Source of the DNA: a bacterium
GTDB taxonomy: Bacteria > Verrucomicrobiota > Kiritimatiellia > CAIKKV01 > CAITUY01
Assembly (NCBI GenBank): GCA_037143175.1
Contig: JBAWZF010000001.1
Span: forward strand, 106,199 to 170,198
Length of the DNA: 64,000 nt
Reading direction: 5' to 3'
The notes beneath the pieces were generated by a model. That model searched no databases and was not told where the DNA came from. It worked only from the letters and a program-made list of their open reading frames with translations. A program made the translations under genes and the position numbers. Numbering within the stretch: position 1 is the first letter of the stretch; each line of letters starts with the position of its first letter. Shown piece by piece: positions 56,801 to 64,000 of the stretch.

Positions 56801-57531
56801 CCTTGACGATCCACCTGGCGAAGCCGTGCGAAGGAGACGACCGGGTTGGCTGTGCGAAGCGAAACGTTCAAGGAAGATCCTGCGGCAACAAGGGTATCGC
56901 CGGGTTCAACCACGAGGTCGACCGCCTGAACGTTGGGGAGATTTAGGAAGGGGGCTGTGGCACGTGCCAGCAGGAAACAAGTTTGCCGGGGCCATACCAG
57001 GTAGATCGTCGACAGCGAAATAAATACGATTGCGGCGGCGGCGACGAACGGAATCGCGCCGCGAAATGAGATTTCATGGCGGGGTTGGATCGTGATGGCT
57101 TCGCGGACCGCTTCTTCGGTCAAGGCCGCGATGAGGGTTTCTGAGCCGCGAATGGAGGGGAGATCCTTACTGCCCAGGAGTTGGACGGCGGAACTGATGC
57201 GCTCCTGTAATTCCGGATGGTGTGTTTCGATGAGCCGTGCAACGCCGGCCAGCGTGAACGAGTGGGTCAGGGGCCGGATCAGGTACCAGACTGTCGCTCC
57301 CACCCAGGCAGCATAGGCCAGCACGGTCATGACCCAGCGGGGCCACTCGACCAGCAGGGTGACGCTGGCATCCAGCAGCATGATCAGCAGGAACGCTCCG
57401 AGTCCGGCGGCACAGGAAGCGCAAAGTCCGCGGAGAATCATCAGGTGCCGTGTCCGCCGGATCAGCCCGCTGAGTGCGGTTACAATCTGGGCTGGCAGCG
57501 GGGCCGGTTCGTTTATCGGGGTCTTGTTCAT
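50812..57531 (-). CDS. Giant (2239 aa) membrane-anchored Ala/Gln/Glu/Lys-rich coiled-coil protein with internal tandem repeats, part of the BatA/BatB cassette
   Basis: Two or three N-terminal TM helices are followed by a beta-rich region of about 450 aa. About 1500 aa of heptad-like low-complexity sequence follow, containing at least 5 tandem units of roughly 170-200 aa (...QQAQEASSLAKLAALNAGQAAERAQQTAQQIDQ... recurring). The C-terminus is acidic. The start MNKTPINE overlaps the upstream stop by 1 nt. Confidence 0.8.
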   Translation of the reverse strand: MNKTPINEPAPLPAQIVTALSGLIRRTRHLMILRGLCASCAAGLGAFLLIMLLDASVTLLVEWPRWVMTVLAYAAWVGATVWYLIRPLTHSFTLAGVARLIETHHPELQERISSAVQLLGSKDLPSIRGSETLIAALTEEAVREAITIQPRHEISFRGAIPFVAAAAIVFISLSTIYLVWPRQTCFLLARATAPFLNLPNVQAVDLVVEPGDTLVAAGSSLNVSLRTANPVVSFARLRQVDRQGRVTVMEMAPLPASTNQPGRRFAVTVPRILNDFRYRVQAGDALSRYFTVRVAIPPVIEHLALQYSYPEYSRLSIKQERDGSGTIRALAGTAVSLSAQVNKPARQAILLVMTPTLTNTFTGLLRTEGKINFYDFSLTLPGKLNGSWTIRLTDEINLTNSPFEHPIQSIPDNPPVVTLTSPLTRELHLNREARLPITYRAEDDHGLTAVALVCTVSGMTNDLIRSLPLPDSSPETIPRTLNGETLIALEDICFSNATRVSFRIRAFDNLPRPFQGPQSTDSEPCTILIDNQAASWTEQVLTSQDQRVQQGLKKVRDQLNLAREQARALEKPLGQPTLPDSTTRQIDTLQDTLASTDNGLRKIAADIDKGFFESMASNLTTLAEGHISKAENMAGQIRLLDTPAERTAINSNITAEITTSLETVEKAIENHEIARAAVHRAVKLEQLANKQAALAQARQDMDNTPPIPSSNTTAIAQAAAASNEWKRAQNQVANELAKVTRETPGSAAQIAAAISNRTTQAATQANDLATRQKELAALTKEETERLQKQDSQWRELTTRQNQLADLARNEPLAAAQSEAMRNAARDLESGKTAHAVETQANVSDALKQAADILRQAANAQQTAVPQAAQQQSQDSIKPNPTRELAARAAELNADQQASANPKPEDPSAKAATQQAARQAQEASSLAKLAALNAGQAAERAQQTAQQIDQNKAATREAAQEIRQTAQAAADQAKRAQQAAQAAQHEANQAAELVQKSTYSTSTHAAEEALAETAKSADSATVHAKTASDAALKASGLAARAAEIRANQEASSTPNSAVTPAKNDTQQAAQQAQDARKLAQQSTQRAEQAADKTRQAVQQIEQQLSLAKQTAVKSSQAAEQAAQQAQHAMGKANEQELINATQAARQKALSAQQNEDAARKASKQAQGLLKAAEQEVLKAQKATEDTQQAAQQATEQAQKGAAAPTPFAAEQAQAATARTAAAATAHAVTAQEAALKAAKIAERATDLSAEQQASGKSPLENALAKAATQQAAQQAQEDAKLARQATVNAGQAAENTRQTAQQLEQQAAMAKQTSSKSAQTASQAARQAKQINQSAEVQAQKAQNAAEEAQQAAKEAIDQAQKAASATSPRATEQAQDETRKAAALAATKALAAEEAALKASDFAARAAGLKAEQQDSSKLNLENAATKNATQRSEQQAQDARRMAQQAAKIAGEAAERAKQSVQQAAQELATAQEAAAKGSQTAEQAAQLAQQSKGTANEQIMTQAAQTAQKNAQTAKQNEVEARAAAEQAKQATQAAEQQVQKSQQAAQAAQQAAQQATEQAQRGATANSTRAAEQAQAETAKAAAAATANAVAAQEAALKANEFATQAAGIKTNAQVTAAIAPKFGNVSAKASAQRAAQQAQEANKIAQQAAEATKQAAEKARQAAQQIDQQAATAQQTAARSAQAAQQITQQATQAKGKPDEQAMARAAQTAQQNALAAKQNEAAARDASQQAKQSVQSVNQQVQNAQQAAQTAQQAAQNAIEQAQKAAASTSTRAAEQAQSEATKVTSTATANAVAAAEAALKTSEIAARILQQNNALKLSELARQQAELHREAANLITGKENAKDLLNANLSRQAGEQQQKLADETDALARELNKEPPPTRAAIQATRAADTARQTASEMQKGDLPQASSSATEASQAMNQLADTLRSATTATASDRLDKRAELARLAQQADTLSKQQAQLGHLMGALAENRPHDALQQQQEQLGGEAKELTQEANVLHEQANDVLAQSQIGPKTAQAAQELNRATQSAEQSAKRFIEATGKDDDSGRRASAQEQQQAASQTLQNQQNAAQSLQQASAQLQQVASAAGSPQTPRAAPGQQPAASLAAQEAIAQAYQSAKQAAESSQVSAAAQSATQLAQAAQLAAADAQASGANARPATLQSASLNSDGKNDTSQASEGVPSFARRMGLKLQDWLRLHGELKDDVLKAANNEGPEEYRPLIQRYFHEVSGHGEEE
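51700..54950 (-). repeat. Intragenic tandem repeat array (about 5 units of about 0.5-0.6 kb, degenerate) encoding the coiled-coil repeats of the giant protein
   Basis: Recurrent protein blocks (AATQQAA[RQ]QAQE[AD]..., AAEEALAETAKSA.../AAEQAQAETAKAA..., ...AEEAALKAS[DG][FL]AARAAG) appear at about 170-200-aa intervals. The boundaries are approximate. Confidence 0.55.
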
Positions 57532-60500
57532 CAGGGCAGCCTCACTTTCTTGCGCAGCATCCACTCGGCGGTCAGGAGCGTCAGGATCAGAAGAAACCAG
57601 GGCCAGGAATTCCATATATCAATCTGGCGCCGTTCTGTGCTCGTGATTTTTGCGGGCCCGAGCCGTTTGGAAATGGAGTCGAGCGCAGATGTATCCAGGA
57701 CCTTGCCGGCGGAAAGTCCGGCCAGACTGGTCAGCACTCCGCGGTCCGCCGAAAGCTCAACTTTTTCAGCATCCGTTACCGCCGTGACGGAAAATTCGGT
57801 GAACGGTGACGGGGCGGTATCCTTTTTGCTGATTCCAGACGTTTCCAGTTCAATGCGGTAATTCCCTTCGGGTAACGCACTCAGTTCGGTGAAGTAGATC
57901 CCCGGAGAGCTCTCGCGATAACTCAATTGGAAATGGGAGACTTTCCGGTCGCCGCGCCACAGCGTTGCGCCAGGGGAAGCTTTTATGATGGGCATGAAGT
58001 CCGGCGTGGCCAGCCGTGCGGTAACGCGAATCGGGCTTCCGGCAGGGTAACGCGAGCGGGAGGTTCCAATCCGGAGCGTATTGGAACCGGTGGCAATTCT
58101 ATCGGCCGTGGCCCAGCCGAGAATTTGACCCCATAGTTTGTGGTGAAATTGATCGCCCTTCTTGTAACGCATACGCCAGGTCTGGTCGAACCCGAACATC
58201 AGAACCGAGCCGAAGCCGGCTTGATGGCTGATCACGAGCGGATTCTCCTGTTCAAGTCGTTGTTGCTTGAGAAGACTTTCGGCGTCAGGAATACGGCTAG
58301 GCAGCCCATCGGATTCCGGCTGTGGTGGTGTCGCATAGGCGAGCACGGTGGCCCCGTTCTTGGCCGTGATGGCGCCGTTCCTCCAGCGGAGTCCGGGCAC
58401 TTCGCCCCAGGCTTTCAGGTTCCCGGCCGGGTCATCATCAAGCCTCATAAACATGGCATCCCGGCCCGCCGCAGTCAGGCTGAGCCGAAATTCCATTTCC
58501 GGTGCCGCAAGAAGGGGACGCTGGGTGGGTTTGAAAGTGACGGGAAGGATTTCTGTCAGGGGAGTACCGGTATAGGCTTGCGGCATATGCCGACTTCCTG
58601 CGATGACAATGAGTGAACCGCCGCGGCTGAGGACATAGTCCCGCAGGATGTCCATGTTGGCCTTGCCCAGTTCATCAGGGGCCACATCTCCCAGGATAAT
58701 GACATCGAATTTCAGCCACTCCGCCGTATTCGTCGGAAGGAGGGTGGCTTCGGGTTCCGCCTGGTCTGCCGCGACAGTGGCAGCGCGCGGGGGGCGGTTG
58801 GTGATTCCCGCAACCTGGTCAGGATGAAGCAACAGGTACTGGAGCCGCACATTCTTGTCCCGTTGCATGAAGAGATTTTTGAGATAACGGAATTCCCAGC
58901 GCGGTTGGCCGTCGATCAGCAGGACATTGATGGCATCGCTCTCTACCCGCACGGGAATATTGAATACGTTATTGCTGGAATCGACTTCGGAAGGGAAATT
59001 TCCAACCCTGACGGAATAGGCGTGCAGGCCATTTGTTTTTGGGGCATCCGAGAGCAGGAGCTGCTGTCGGAAGGCAGCGGCTGAAGGTGTGACGGTGTTA
59101 GAGGCAACCGGGGTGGCGCCATCGAAGAGGGTGACGGTCACATTGGAGCCAGACAGGCCATCCAGTTTCAAATCGAGCGCAAAGGAGATCCGGTCGTTTG
59201 TGCTGACCGATTCGGGCGCGGTGACAGAGGCGATGGCGGCATCGGTCGGGGGGAACTGATTTCCTCCGAGTACAACAGGGAAGATAGGAATTCGCTGTAC
59301 GCCGAATTTGCGGGCGATGGATTCCACGGAACCGGCGGTGTTGTGGCGGCCGTCCGTAAGAAGAAGCACCCCGGCGGTCTGTTCCGGTACCATGGTGGAT
59401 GAGATCCTGGCCAAGGCTCCAGCGATATCGGTTCCCTGAACCTGCCGGGGCGGAGGCGAGGTGATGACCAGGGTGCCAGCGGCCTCAAGAAATGTTTTGG
59501 TTTTTACTTCGGTGGGTGATGACCCGAAGGTCAAGAGTTGAACGCCATATTCATGCTCGAGACGTTCGAGCAGGGACTGTGTGCCGGTGCGGGTTGTCAG
59601 GAGTTTATACGCCACCTCACTCCGGCGGAACGTGGCCATCTGGTCGATGGCCTTGCGATCCGACTCGGACAGGGAACGGTAGAAGCGTTCATCCACGGCA
59701 TCGCCGATGAGCCGCAGTCGTGCTTCGCCCTCGGCGAGGAAGGTCGCCGTTTTTTGCACGGTTTCGCGGATGGAGTCATAGGCGGCACCGCTATTGGTGA
59801 CGGTCTGCCAGTCGTCAACCCGCTTGATGGCAAGCTCCAGGGGTTGACTGGCTTCGGAGGTAATTCGGGATCTGAAGCGCTTCAGATCGGTGATTTGGGA
59901 GGTGGCATCCTTCTGAAGGAAGGGCGCCGCCGCGGTTTCGTCGAGGACTTTTACGGTTTCTTCGAGACTGTCGCGAACCTGGGTCAGCGCTTTCCGTTGC
60001 GCTTTAACATGCTGTTTCAATTGGCGGGCGCGGAGATCCTGGCCGGTTCCGGAAAGAGCATTAAGCCAGTCGAGTTGCGCCAGAAGGTTCTGACTGGCTT
60101 CGTTCAAGCGGTCGGCAAGTGTGTCGACTTGGAAGAGGCGTTGAGCCATGGGGAGCTGCAGGCTCTCGGCCAGGCGTAGTTTTTCGGCCACGGTCAGGTT
60201 GTTATCCGGGATCTGCATGGAGGCGCTGACATCCAGCAAGACCACGATGTGACGCTGGATTTTATGGGCGACGTTGTAGACGAAAACGGGCTGACAGAGC
60301 ATCAGGACAACCGCCAGTAGGGTGGATATCCTGAGGAGGGTCAGGGCTCTGCCAGCCCGGGGGGATACGATATTCCGTTCAAGACGTGCCAGTGCCATGA
60401 CCGTTTCGATCAGGAGGGCGGCGAGAAGCAAGAGTGGCCACAGACGCCATTTAGTTGAAAATACGACGGCCTGTTGGGCCAGTCCGGCGGCGGCGAGGAG

Positions 60501-60653
60501 CGTCAAAAATCCAAGGGCTGATCTGCCGGTAAACGCCAGCCATTTCCACGGGTTCACCACCACGCGGCTCCAAACCTGGGCGCGTATCCACAAACCCAGC
60601 AGAAGACAGGTTAGTAGGCTGTAGACTAATAGACTGTTCGAGAAATCAATCAT
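57531..60653 (-). CDS. BatB-like vWA protein: N-terminal multi-TM region, split von Willebrand A domain with coiled-coil insert, class-I glutamine-amidotransferase-like (DUF4159/ThuA-like) domain, C-terminal TM
   Basis: The vWA DxSxS motif is VVLLDVSASM and the later vWA half is VLLLTDGRHN. The amidotransferase-like segments are VLLIDGQPRWEFRYLKN, DVIILGDV and GGSLIVIAGS. The C-terminal TM is WPWFLLILTLLTAEW. The start MIDFSN overlaps the BatA-like stop (ATGA). Confidence 0.7.
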   Translation of the reverse strand: MIDFSNSLLVYSLLTCLLLGLWIRAQVWSRVVVNPWKWLAFTGRSALGFLTLLAAAGLAQQAVVFSTKWRLWPLLLLAALLIETVMALARLERNIVSPRAGRALTLLRISTLLAVVLMLCQPVFVYNVAHKIQRHIVVLLDVSASMQIPDNNLTVAEKLRLAESLQLPMAQRLFQVDTLADRLNEASQNLLAQLDWLNALSGTGQDLRARQLKQHVKAQRKALTQVRDSLEETVKVLDETAAAPFLQKDATSQITDLKRFRSRITSEASQPLELAIKRVDDWQTVTNSGAAYDSIRETVQKTATFLAEGEARLRLIGDAVDERFYRSLSESDRKAIDQMATFRRSEVAYKLLTTRTGTQSLLERLEHEYGVQLLTFGSSPTEVKTKTFLEAAGTLVITSPPPRQVQGTDIAGALARISSTMVPEQTAGVLLLTDGRHNTAGSVESIARKFGVQRIPIFPVVLGGNQFPPTDAAIASVTAPESVSTNDRISFALDLKLDGLSGSNVTVTLFDGATPVASNTVTPSAAAFRQQLLLSDAPKTNGLHAYSVRVGNFPSEVDSSNNVFNIPVRVESDAINVLLIDGQPRWEFRYLKNLFMQRDKNVRLQYLLLHPDQVAGITNRPPRAATVAADQAEPEATLLPTNTAEWLKFDVIILGDVAPDELGKANMDILRDYVLSRGGSLIVIAGSRHMPQAYTGTPLTEILPVTFKPTQRPLLAAPEMEFRLSLTAAGRDAMFMRLDDDPAGNLKAWGEVPGLRWRNGAITAKNGATVLAYATPPQPESDGLPSRIPDAESLLKQQRLEQENPLVISHQAGFGSVLMFGFDQTWRMRYKKGDQFHHKLWGQILGWATADRIATGSNTLRIGTSRSRYPAGSPIRVTARLATPDFMPIIKASPGATLWRGDRKVSHFQLSYRESSPGIYFTELSALPEGNYRIELETSGISKKDTAPSPFTEFSVTAVTDAEKVELSADRGVLTSLAGLSAGKVLDTSALDSISKRLGPAKITSTERRQIDIWNSWPWFLLILTLLTAEWMLRKKVRLP

Positions 60654-63154
60654 TTCGACATCAACTCCGTTAGTCGTGTTTTCGTAGCCTGTACGCTTTC
60701 TGCCGGGGATTTCAGGGTTACCGGTTTGGCCTGATGCAGATGCCGGTGTAGCGTGATCCAACGGGTGAGGGTAACTTCGGCAAGGAGTGTAAACAAGGCA
60801 CAGATAACCAGGATCTTCCATAATTCCTGGCCGGGTATATTCCCTGTGAAGGCGGTGAGAAGTTCATCCAGAGATTTCGGCAGGAACAAGTCGACGTGGC
60901 TTCGGATGGCCGCGATATCGGCATCGGATAGAAAGGTGAGGGTGCTTTCTTCAGGCTGGTTCTTCACCGCAAAGAGCACCTCGGAGTTACCATTCGAGGC
61001 GACCCCGGCAGCGGCGGCAAGGGCTGCGGGGAATTGGACACGGTAAATTCCGGGTTGGCGGGTCTCGCCGCAACGGACGATGAACCGGTTTTTTTCCTGT
61101 TTGATCCGGATGGGAAGTTGCTCGCCAGCGGGGAGGGTGACCGTGGCTGTTTCCCAATCCGCCGTATTATTGACGTCCGCAGGAACTACGCCAGCCAACG
61201 TCCATTCTGTACCCGGCATGATATTGCAGTCCTGCAGGGATGAGGTCGCCAGGAAGTACACCATCTCATGGAGCAGCGGGACAAAGCATTTGAGGGAATA
61301 CAGGTTGCTGTCGCGGCGATCAAAGGCCATGGGCGTCATCAATACGTTCCCTTTTCCGAGTGGACGTTCCAGCAGCCAGGGGGCGCCGGATTCAAGCCGG
61401 CCGCCGACCCGGCTCTCGTTGGAGGCGGGATCGAGTCCCATTTCCCAATAGCTGGCTATAAGGCCAAGCCGGGCGTCCGATTGATCCGGTTGCGCCACCA
61501 GTCGGACTGCGGGATGGGTAAAGGACTTGAGTTCCAGTTTCAGCGGATCGGGTGGGTAGATGCGTTGCTCGAGCCGGGCGGGAAGAAGGGTCTCCCCGGC
61601 GGTGGTCTGCCAGGCATTGTAGAACGCCGGTTCGGCGCGGGCACCGGGAGTCACCAGCAGGCCGCCCCCTGCCTTGACGAAAACGGCCACACGTTCGGCC
61701 TCTGCCGCAGGCAGACGGGAGACGTCCGCCAGAATTATGACGCGATATGGGGTGAGATCTTTGATGGTGCCGATATCAGCTGCCTCAACAATGGTGGGCT
61801 TGACCAGATAGGGCAATTCCGAGGTGTCGGCACTCTTATTGGCGGAGGCGTCACGTGGGGTCAACGCGACCCGGATGAGGCTTGCCGTTTTACGGAAGAA
61901 GAAACGTTCCGTAGAGGCGCCCTCAACCAGCAGGATCGGTAGACGATCCAGGATGTGGACAATCTGTTCGAGGGAATTATCGGCGAGGAGATCATCTTCG
62001 GCCACGAGTCGGGCTTGAATGACATGGTAGCCGGGTGTCTCGAACATGTGGTTGAAAAGGAATACCTCGGCCGCCTGCGGCACCAGATCCTTCATGATCG
62101 GAGTTCGCTCGATTTGTTTTCCATCCACCAGCAACTCGAGCGCGGACGGGTGGACCGGGACGTTACCTGAGTTGGCGACGCTGACTTCGATTTTTACCGG
62201 GCGATCTGTACCGATGATGGAGCGTGACAGGCGGATTCCAGTGACCAGCGTATTCCTGAACAGTTCAGGGTGGGGAAGGCGGCGGCAGATGATACGCGGC
62301 GGAGTCGGCAGTTGCTTGAAGCCGGAGGCCAGAAAGTTCCAGCGGGCTTCTGTCTGTCCGTCCCAACCTGCGGCCTGGCCATCTGTGAATATCACCACGG
62401 TCTTAGACACATTAGGACCATCGGCCAGGATCGAGGTCGCCAGGTTCAGGGCTTCCAGTGTGGCCATGATGCTGCCGGTGGGTTTGCAGGCCTTGCTGTC
62501 GAGGGCGCGCAGCAACTCGCGCCGATCAGAGGTGGGGCGACTGACAAGGGCCTGGGGGACGGGGCCCGCCAGGATAATCGCCATGGCGTCACCGGGGCGT
62601 GACTTTTCAATCAGGTCACGGGCTTCCTGGACCGCCTGGGTGAATTGGCTTGGACCCTCGGAGGCCATGGTCATTGAGAGAGAGGCGTCGAGAACGATCA
62701 CCGTGTCGCCACCTCCCGCCGCCGTCATCCAGCGGCGTGCCTGGATCCGCTGTTCCAGGAGGGTCGCCAGTACGGCAATGACCAGCATGGCGGCCGCGAT
62801 TTTCAACAGCCGGCGGCGCAACTTTTCATTGGGCCAGAGGACCGTGGCAATGCCGGCGCAGAGTACGGCGAGAAAGATGCCGGGCAGGATGAGGATCCAG
62901 GGGATGGCGGACATACTGGGAAGAAAGGGGCGGGCCATGGCCAATGCCAGGGTGGCCAGCGCCAGGCAGCGCAGGCACAGGAGGATACCGTCCTCGATCT
63001 TTACGCGGCGGCTACGGGCGGTCATGGAGGCCCTCAGGAACTGCATGGCACCCCATTCGATGGGACGGGGTTTGCTGCGGTTCAGCAAATGAATCAGGAT
63101 CGGGATGGCGATCGCCGCAAGGCCAATGAGGATAAGTGGATTTAAAAATGTCAT
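60650..63154 (-). CDS. BatA-like vWA protein with N-terminal double-transmembrane domain (834 aa)
   Basis: The N-terminus [40 protein letters not shown] is the characteristic Bat-type N-terminal double-TM signature. The vWA motif is [10 protein letters not shown] with a MIDAS-like TDGQ. The C-terminal TM is [11 protein letters not shown]. The track extension to 63340 just reads through the heptamer repeats. Confidence 0.75.
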   Translation of the reverse strand: MTFLNPLILIGLAAIAIPILIHLLNRSKPRPIEWGAMQFLRASMTARSRRVKIEDGILLCLRCLALATLALAMARPFLPSMSAIPWILILPGIFLAVLCAGIATVLWPNEKLRRRLLKIAAAMLVIAVLATLLEQRIQARRWMTAAGGGDTVIVLDASLSMTMASEGPSQFTQAVQEARDLIEKSRPGDAMAIILAGPVPQALVSRPTSDRRELLRALDSKACKPTGSIMATLEALNLATSILADGPNVSKTVVIFTDGQAAGWDGQTEARWNFLASGFKQLPTPPRIICRRLPHPELFRNTLVTGIRLSRSIIGTDRPVKIEVSVANSGNVPVHPSALELLVDGKQIERTPIMKDLVPQAAEVFLFNHMFETPGYHVIQARLVAEDDLLADNSLEQIVHILDRLPILLVEGASTERFFFRKTASLIRVALTPRDASANKSADTSELPYLVKPTIVEAADIGTIKDLTPYRVIILADVSRLPAAEAERVAVFVKAGGGLLVTPGARAEPAFYNAWQTTAGETLLPARLEQRIYPPDPLKLELKSFTHPAVRLVAQPDQSDARLGLIASYWEMGLDPASNESRVGGRLESGAPWLLERPLGKGNVLMTPMAFDRRDSNLYSLKCFVPLLHEMVYFLATSSLQDCNIMPGTEWTLAGVVPADVNNTADWETATVTLPAGEQLPIRIKQEKNRFIVRCGETRQPGIYRVQFPAALAAAAGVASNGNSEVLFAVKNQPEESTLTFLSDADIAAIRSHVDLFLPKSLDELLTAFTGNIPGQELWKILVICALFTLLAEVTLTRWITLHRHLHQAKPVTLKSPAESVQATKTRLTELMSK

Positions 63155-63166
63155 GGTGACTCCGGC

Positions 63167-63380
63167 ACGGGCAGTGGCCAGTAGGCAGTGGGCAGTGAGC
63201 AGAGAGCAGTGGGCAGTGGGCAGTAGGCAGTGGGCAGTGGGCAGTGAGCAGTGAGCAGTGGCCAGTGGGCAGTGAGCAGTAGGCAGAGAGCAGAGAGTAA
63301 AAGAGGGGTATTCGAGCTCTGTCGACTGCCCACTGCCCACTGCCCACTGGCCACTGTTAACTGTTCACTGCTCACTGGCC
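63167..63380. repeat. Heptanucleotide tandem-repeat inverted array: about 18 direct copies of GGGCAGT-like units, a 28-bp spacer, then about 8 inverted copies (ACTGCCC-like)
   Basis: Positions 63167-63297 read cagtggc cagtagg cagtggg cagtgag cagagag cagtggg and so on. The spacer taaaagaggggtattcgagctctgtcga follows. Positions 63326-63380 read ctgccca ctgccca ctgccca ctggcca ctgttaa ctgttca ctgctca ctggcc. The element fills the whole DUF58-BatA intergenic region. Confidence 0.9.
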
Positions 63381-63383
63381 TCT

Positions 63384-64000
63384 TCATCTTCTCACCAGGC
63401 TCTTCCGATGGGCCAGGTAACTGGCCAAGGCCAGATCAAAATCCTGGCGGGTTGAAAAGGGGACGTAGTCTATCCGCATTTCCCCGCAGCCTTTTTCAAT
63501 GGCATCAAGAAAGGTGCGGACTTCACGGAGATAAGCTGAACGCAGGGATTCCGGATCGATCTCCAGATGGTTTCCGTTCTGTTCTAGATCCTGGAACTGG
63601 CTCCAATGTTTGAACGGGAAGGTCAACTCCTCATCCGCCATCACGTGCATGAGAATAATTTCATGCTTGCGGAAGCGGAAGTGGTGCAATGCCTTGAGAA
63701 TCTCCTCCGGCTTGTCGAACAGATCGGAGATGATGATCAGGAGGCCGCGCCGGTGAATCCGTTCGGCAACTTCATGGAAAACCGGGGCGAGGGCCGATTC
63801 TTCGCCAGGGGTTGTGTTGAACATCGCCTCCAACAGGACGTTCATATGATTGGTTCGCGTCCGGGAGGGAATGTAGTTGCGGATGGCGTTGTCATAGGTC
63901 ACGAGCCCGACAGCGTCCTGCTGGTTCAGGAGGAGACGGGTCAGACTCGCGGCGAGGAAGCGGGCGTACTCAAATTTACTGAGCGGTTGTCCCTGATGTT
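63384..64000 (-). CDS. DUF58 family protein (vWA-like, MoxR-operon type), 5'-truncated by window end
   Basis: The C-terminal ~205 aa read ...[67 protein letters not shown]...[10 protein letters not shown], which is typical of DUF58. The frame is open to position 64000. Confidence 0.75.
   Translation of the reverse strand, partial: HQGQPLSKFEYARFLAASLTRLLLNQQDAVGLVTYDNAIRNYIPSRTRTNHMNVLLEAMFNTTPGEESALAPVFHEVAERIHRRGLLIIISDLFDKPEEILKALHHFRFRKHEIILMHVMADEELTFPFKHWSQFQDLEQNGNHLEIDPESLRSAYLREVRTFLDAIEKGCGEMRIDYVPFSTRQDFDLALASYLAHRKSLVRR

Noticed and set aside
63298-63325. Adjacent SacI and SalI sites (GAGCTCTGTCGAC) in the spacer, suggesting a cloning-vector polylinker
   Set aside because: There is no other vector-like sequence such as lacZ, ori or a resistance gene. 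Two 6-mers in a GC-rich genome can occur by chance. It is kept only as a caveat inside the repeat finding.
63167-63380. Possible CRISPR array
   Set aside because: The repeat unit is only 7 nt, with no unique spacers and no cas genes. It is a microsatellite-like tandem/inverted repeat, not a CRISPR.
63012-63387. ORF-track entries 63012-63347 and 63151-63387, and the N-terminal extension of 60650-63340, encoding P-T-A-H-C-(S/P)-L heptapeptide repeats
   Set aside because: These are translations of the GGGCAGT heptanucleotide array in three frames. The BatA-like protein has a canonical N-terminus ([23 protein letters not shown]) starting at 63154, so the repeat-encoded extension is an artefact.

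Overview
This is a GC-rich (~58-60%), gene-dense bacterial chromosome segment. The gene content looks like the Planctomycetes-Verrucomicrobia-Chlamydiae (PVC) superphylum (Verrucomicrobia, Lentisphaerae or Kiritimatiellae-like), because it carries BatA-type vWA proteins with an N-terminal double-transmembrane domain, GH78 and GH38 glycoside hydrolases, a URO-D-like enzyme, and both GlnS and GltX. That lineage call is inference only. I found no rRNA or tRNA genes, no CRISPR array and no obvious transposase.

Housekeeping genes identified with high confidence are alaS, glnS, gltX, ksgA/rsmA, mutS and amt-glnK.

Five regions stand out among the accessory content.

1. A 12-kb, translationally coupled Che-like operon (14931-26953). 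Its gene order is Hpt, a double-CheW protein, a TonB-dependent outer-membrane receptor, a YfiR/DUF4154 periplasmic protein, a YfiN-like (CHASE8-type sensor + HAMP) methyl-accepting protein, a second polytopic MCP, a CheA-REC hybrid, CheB, and a REC-PP2C phosphatase as output. In other words, a YfiBNR-style envelope-sensing module has been grafted onto a chemosensory phosphorelay with a phosphatase output. I consider this the most novel system in the window.

2. A MoxR/Bat-type cassette on the minus strand (49770-64000). It runs DUF58 (partial), a long heptanucleotide inverted-repeat hairpin, BatA-like (834 aa), BatB-like (1040 aa), a 2239-aa membrane-anchored Ala/Gln-rich coiled-coil protein with about five tandem repeats of roughly 170-200 aa, and a secreted prenyltransferase/squalene-cyclase-repeat protein. 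All gene junctions overlap.

3. A C30 (staphyloxanthin/Methylomonas-type) carotenoid module, crtN-aldH plus crtP, with no crtM in the window.

4. A catalytically degenerate PilT paralog coupled to gltX-glnS in a long operon.

5. A GH38 alpha-mannosidase interrupted by a single in-frame TGA.

Smaller observations include a putative sigma-54 promoter plus an upstream dyad for amt-glnK, a possible nucleotidyltransferase with a small upstream ORF, a palindromic ATAAC-repeat element, and a gene remnant downstream of mutS.
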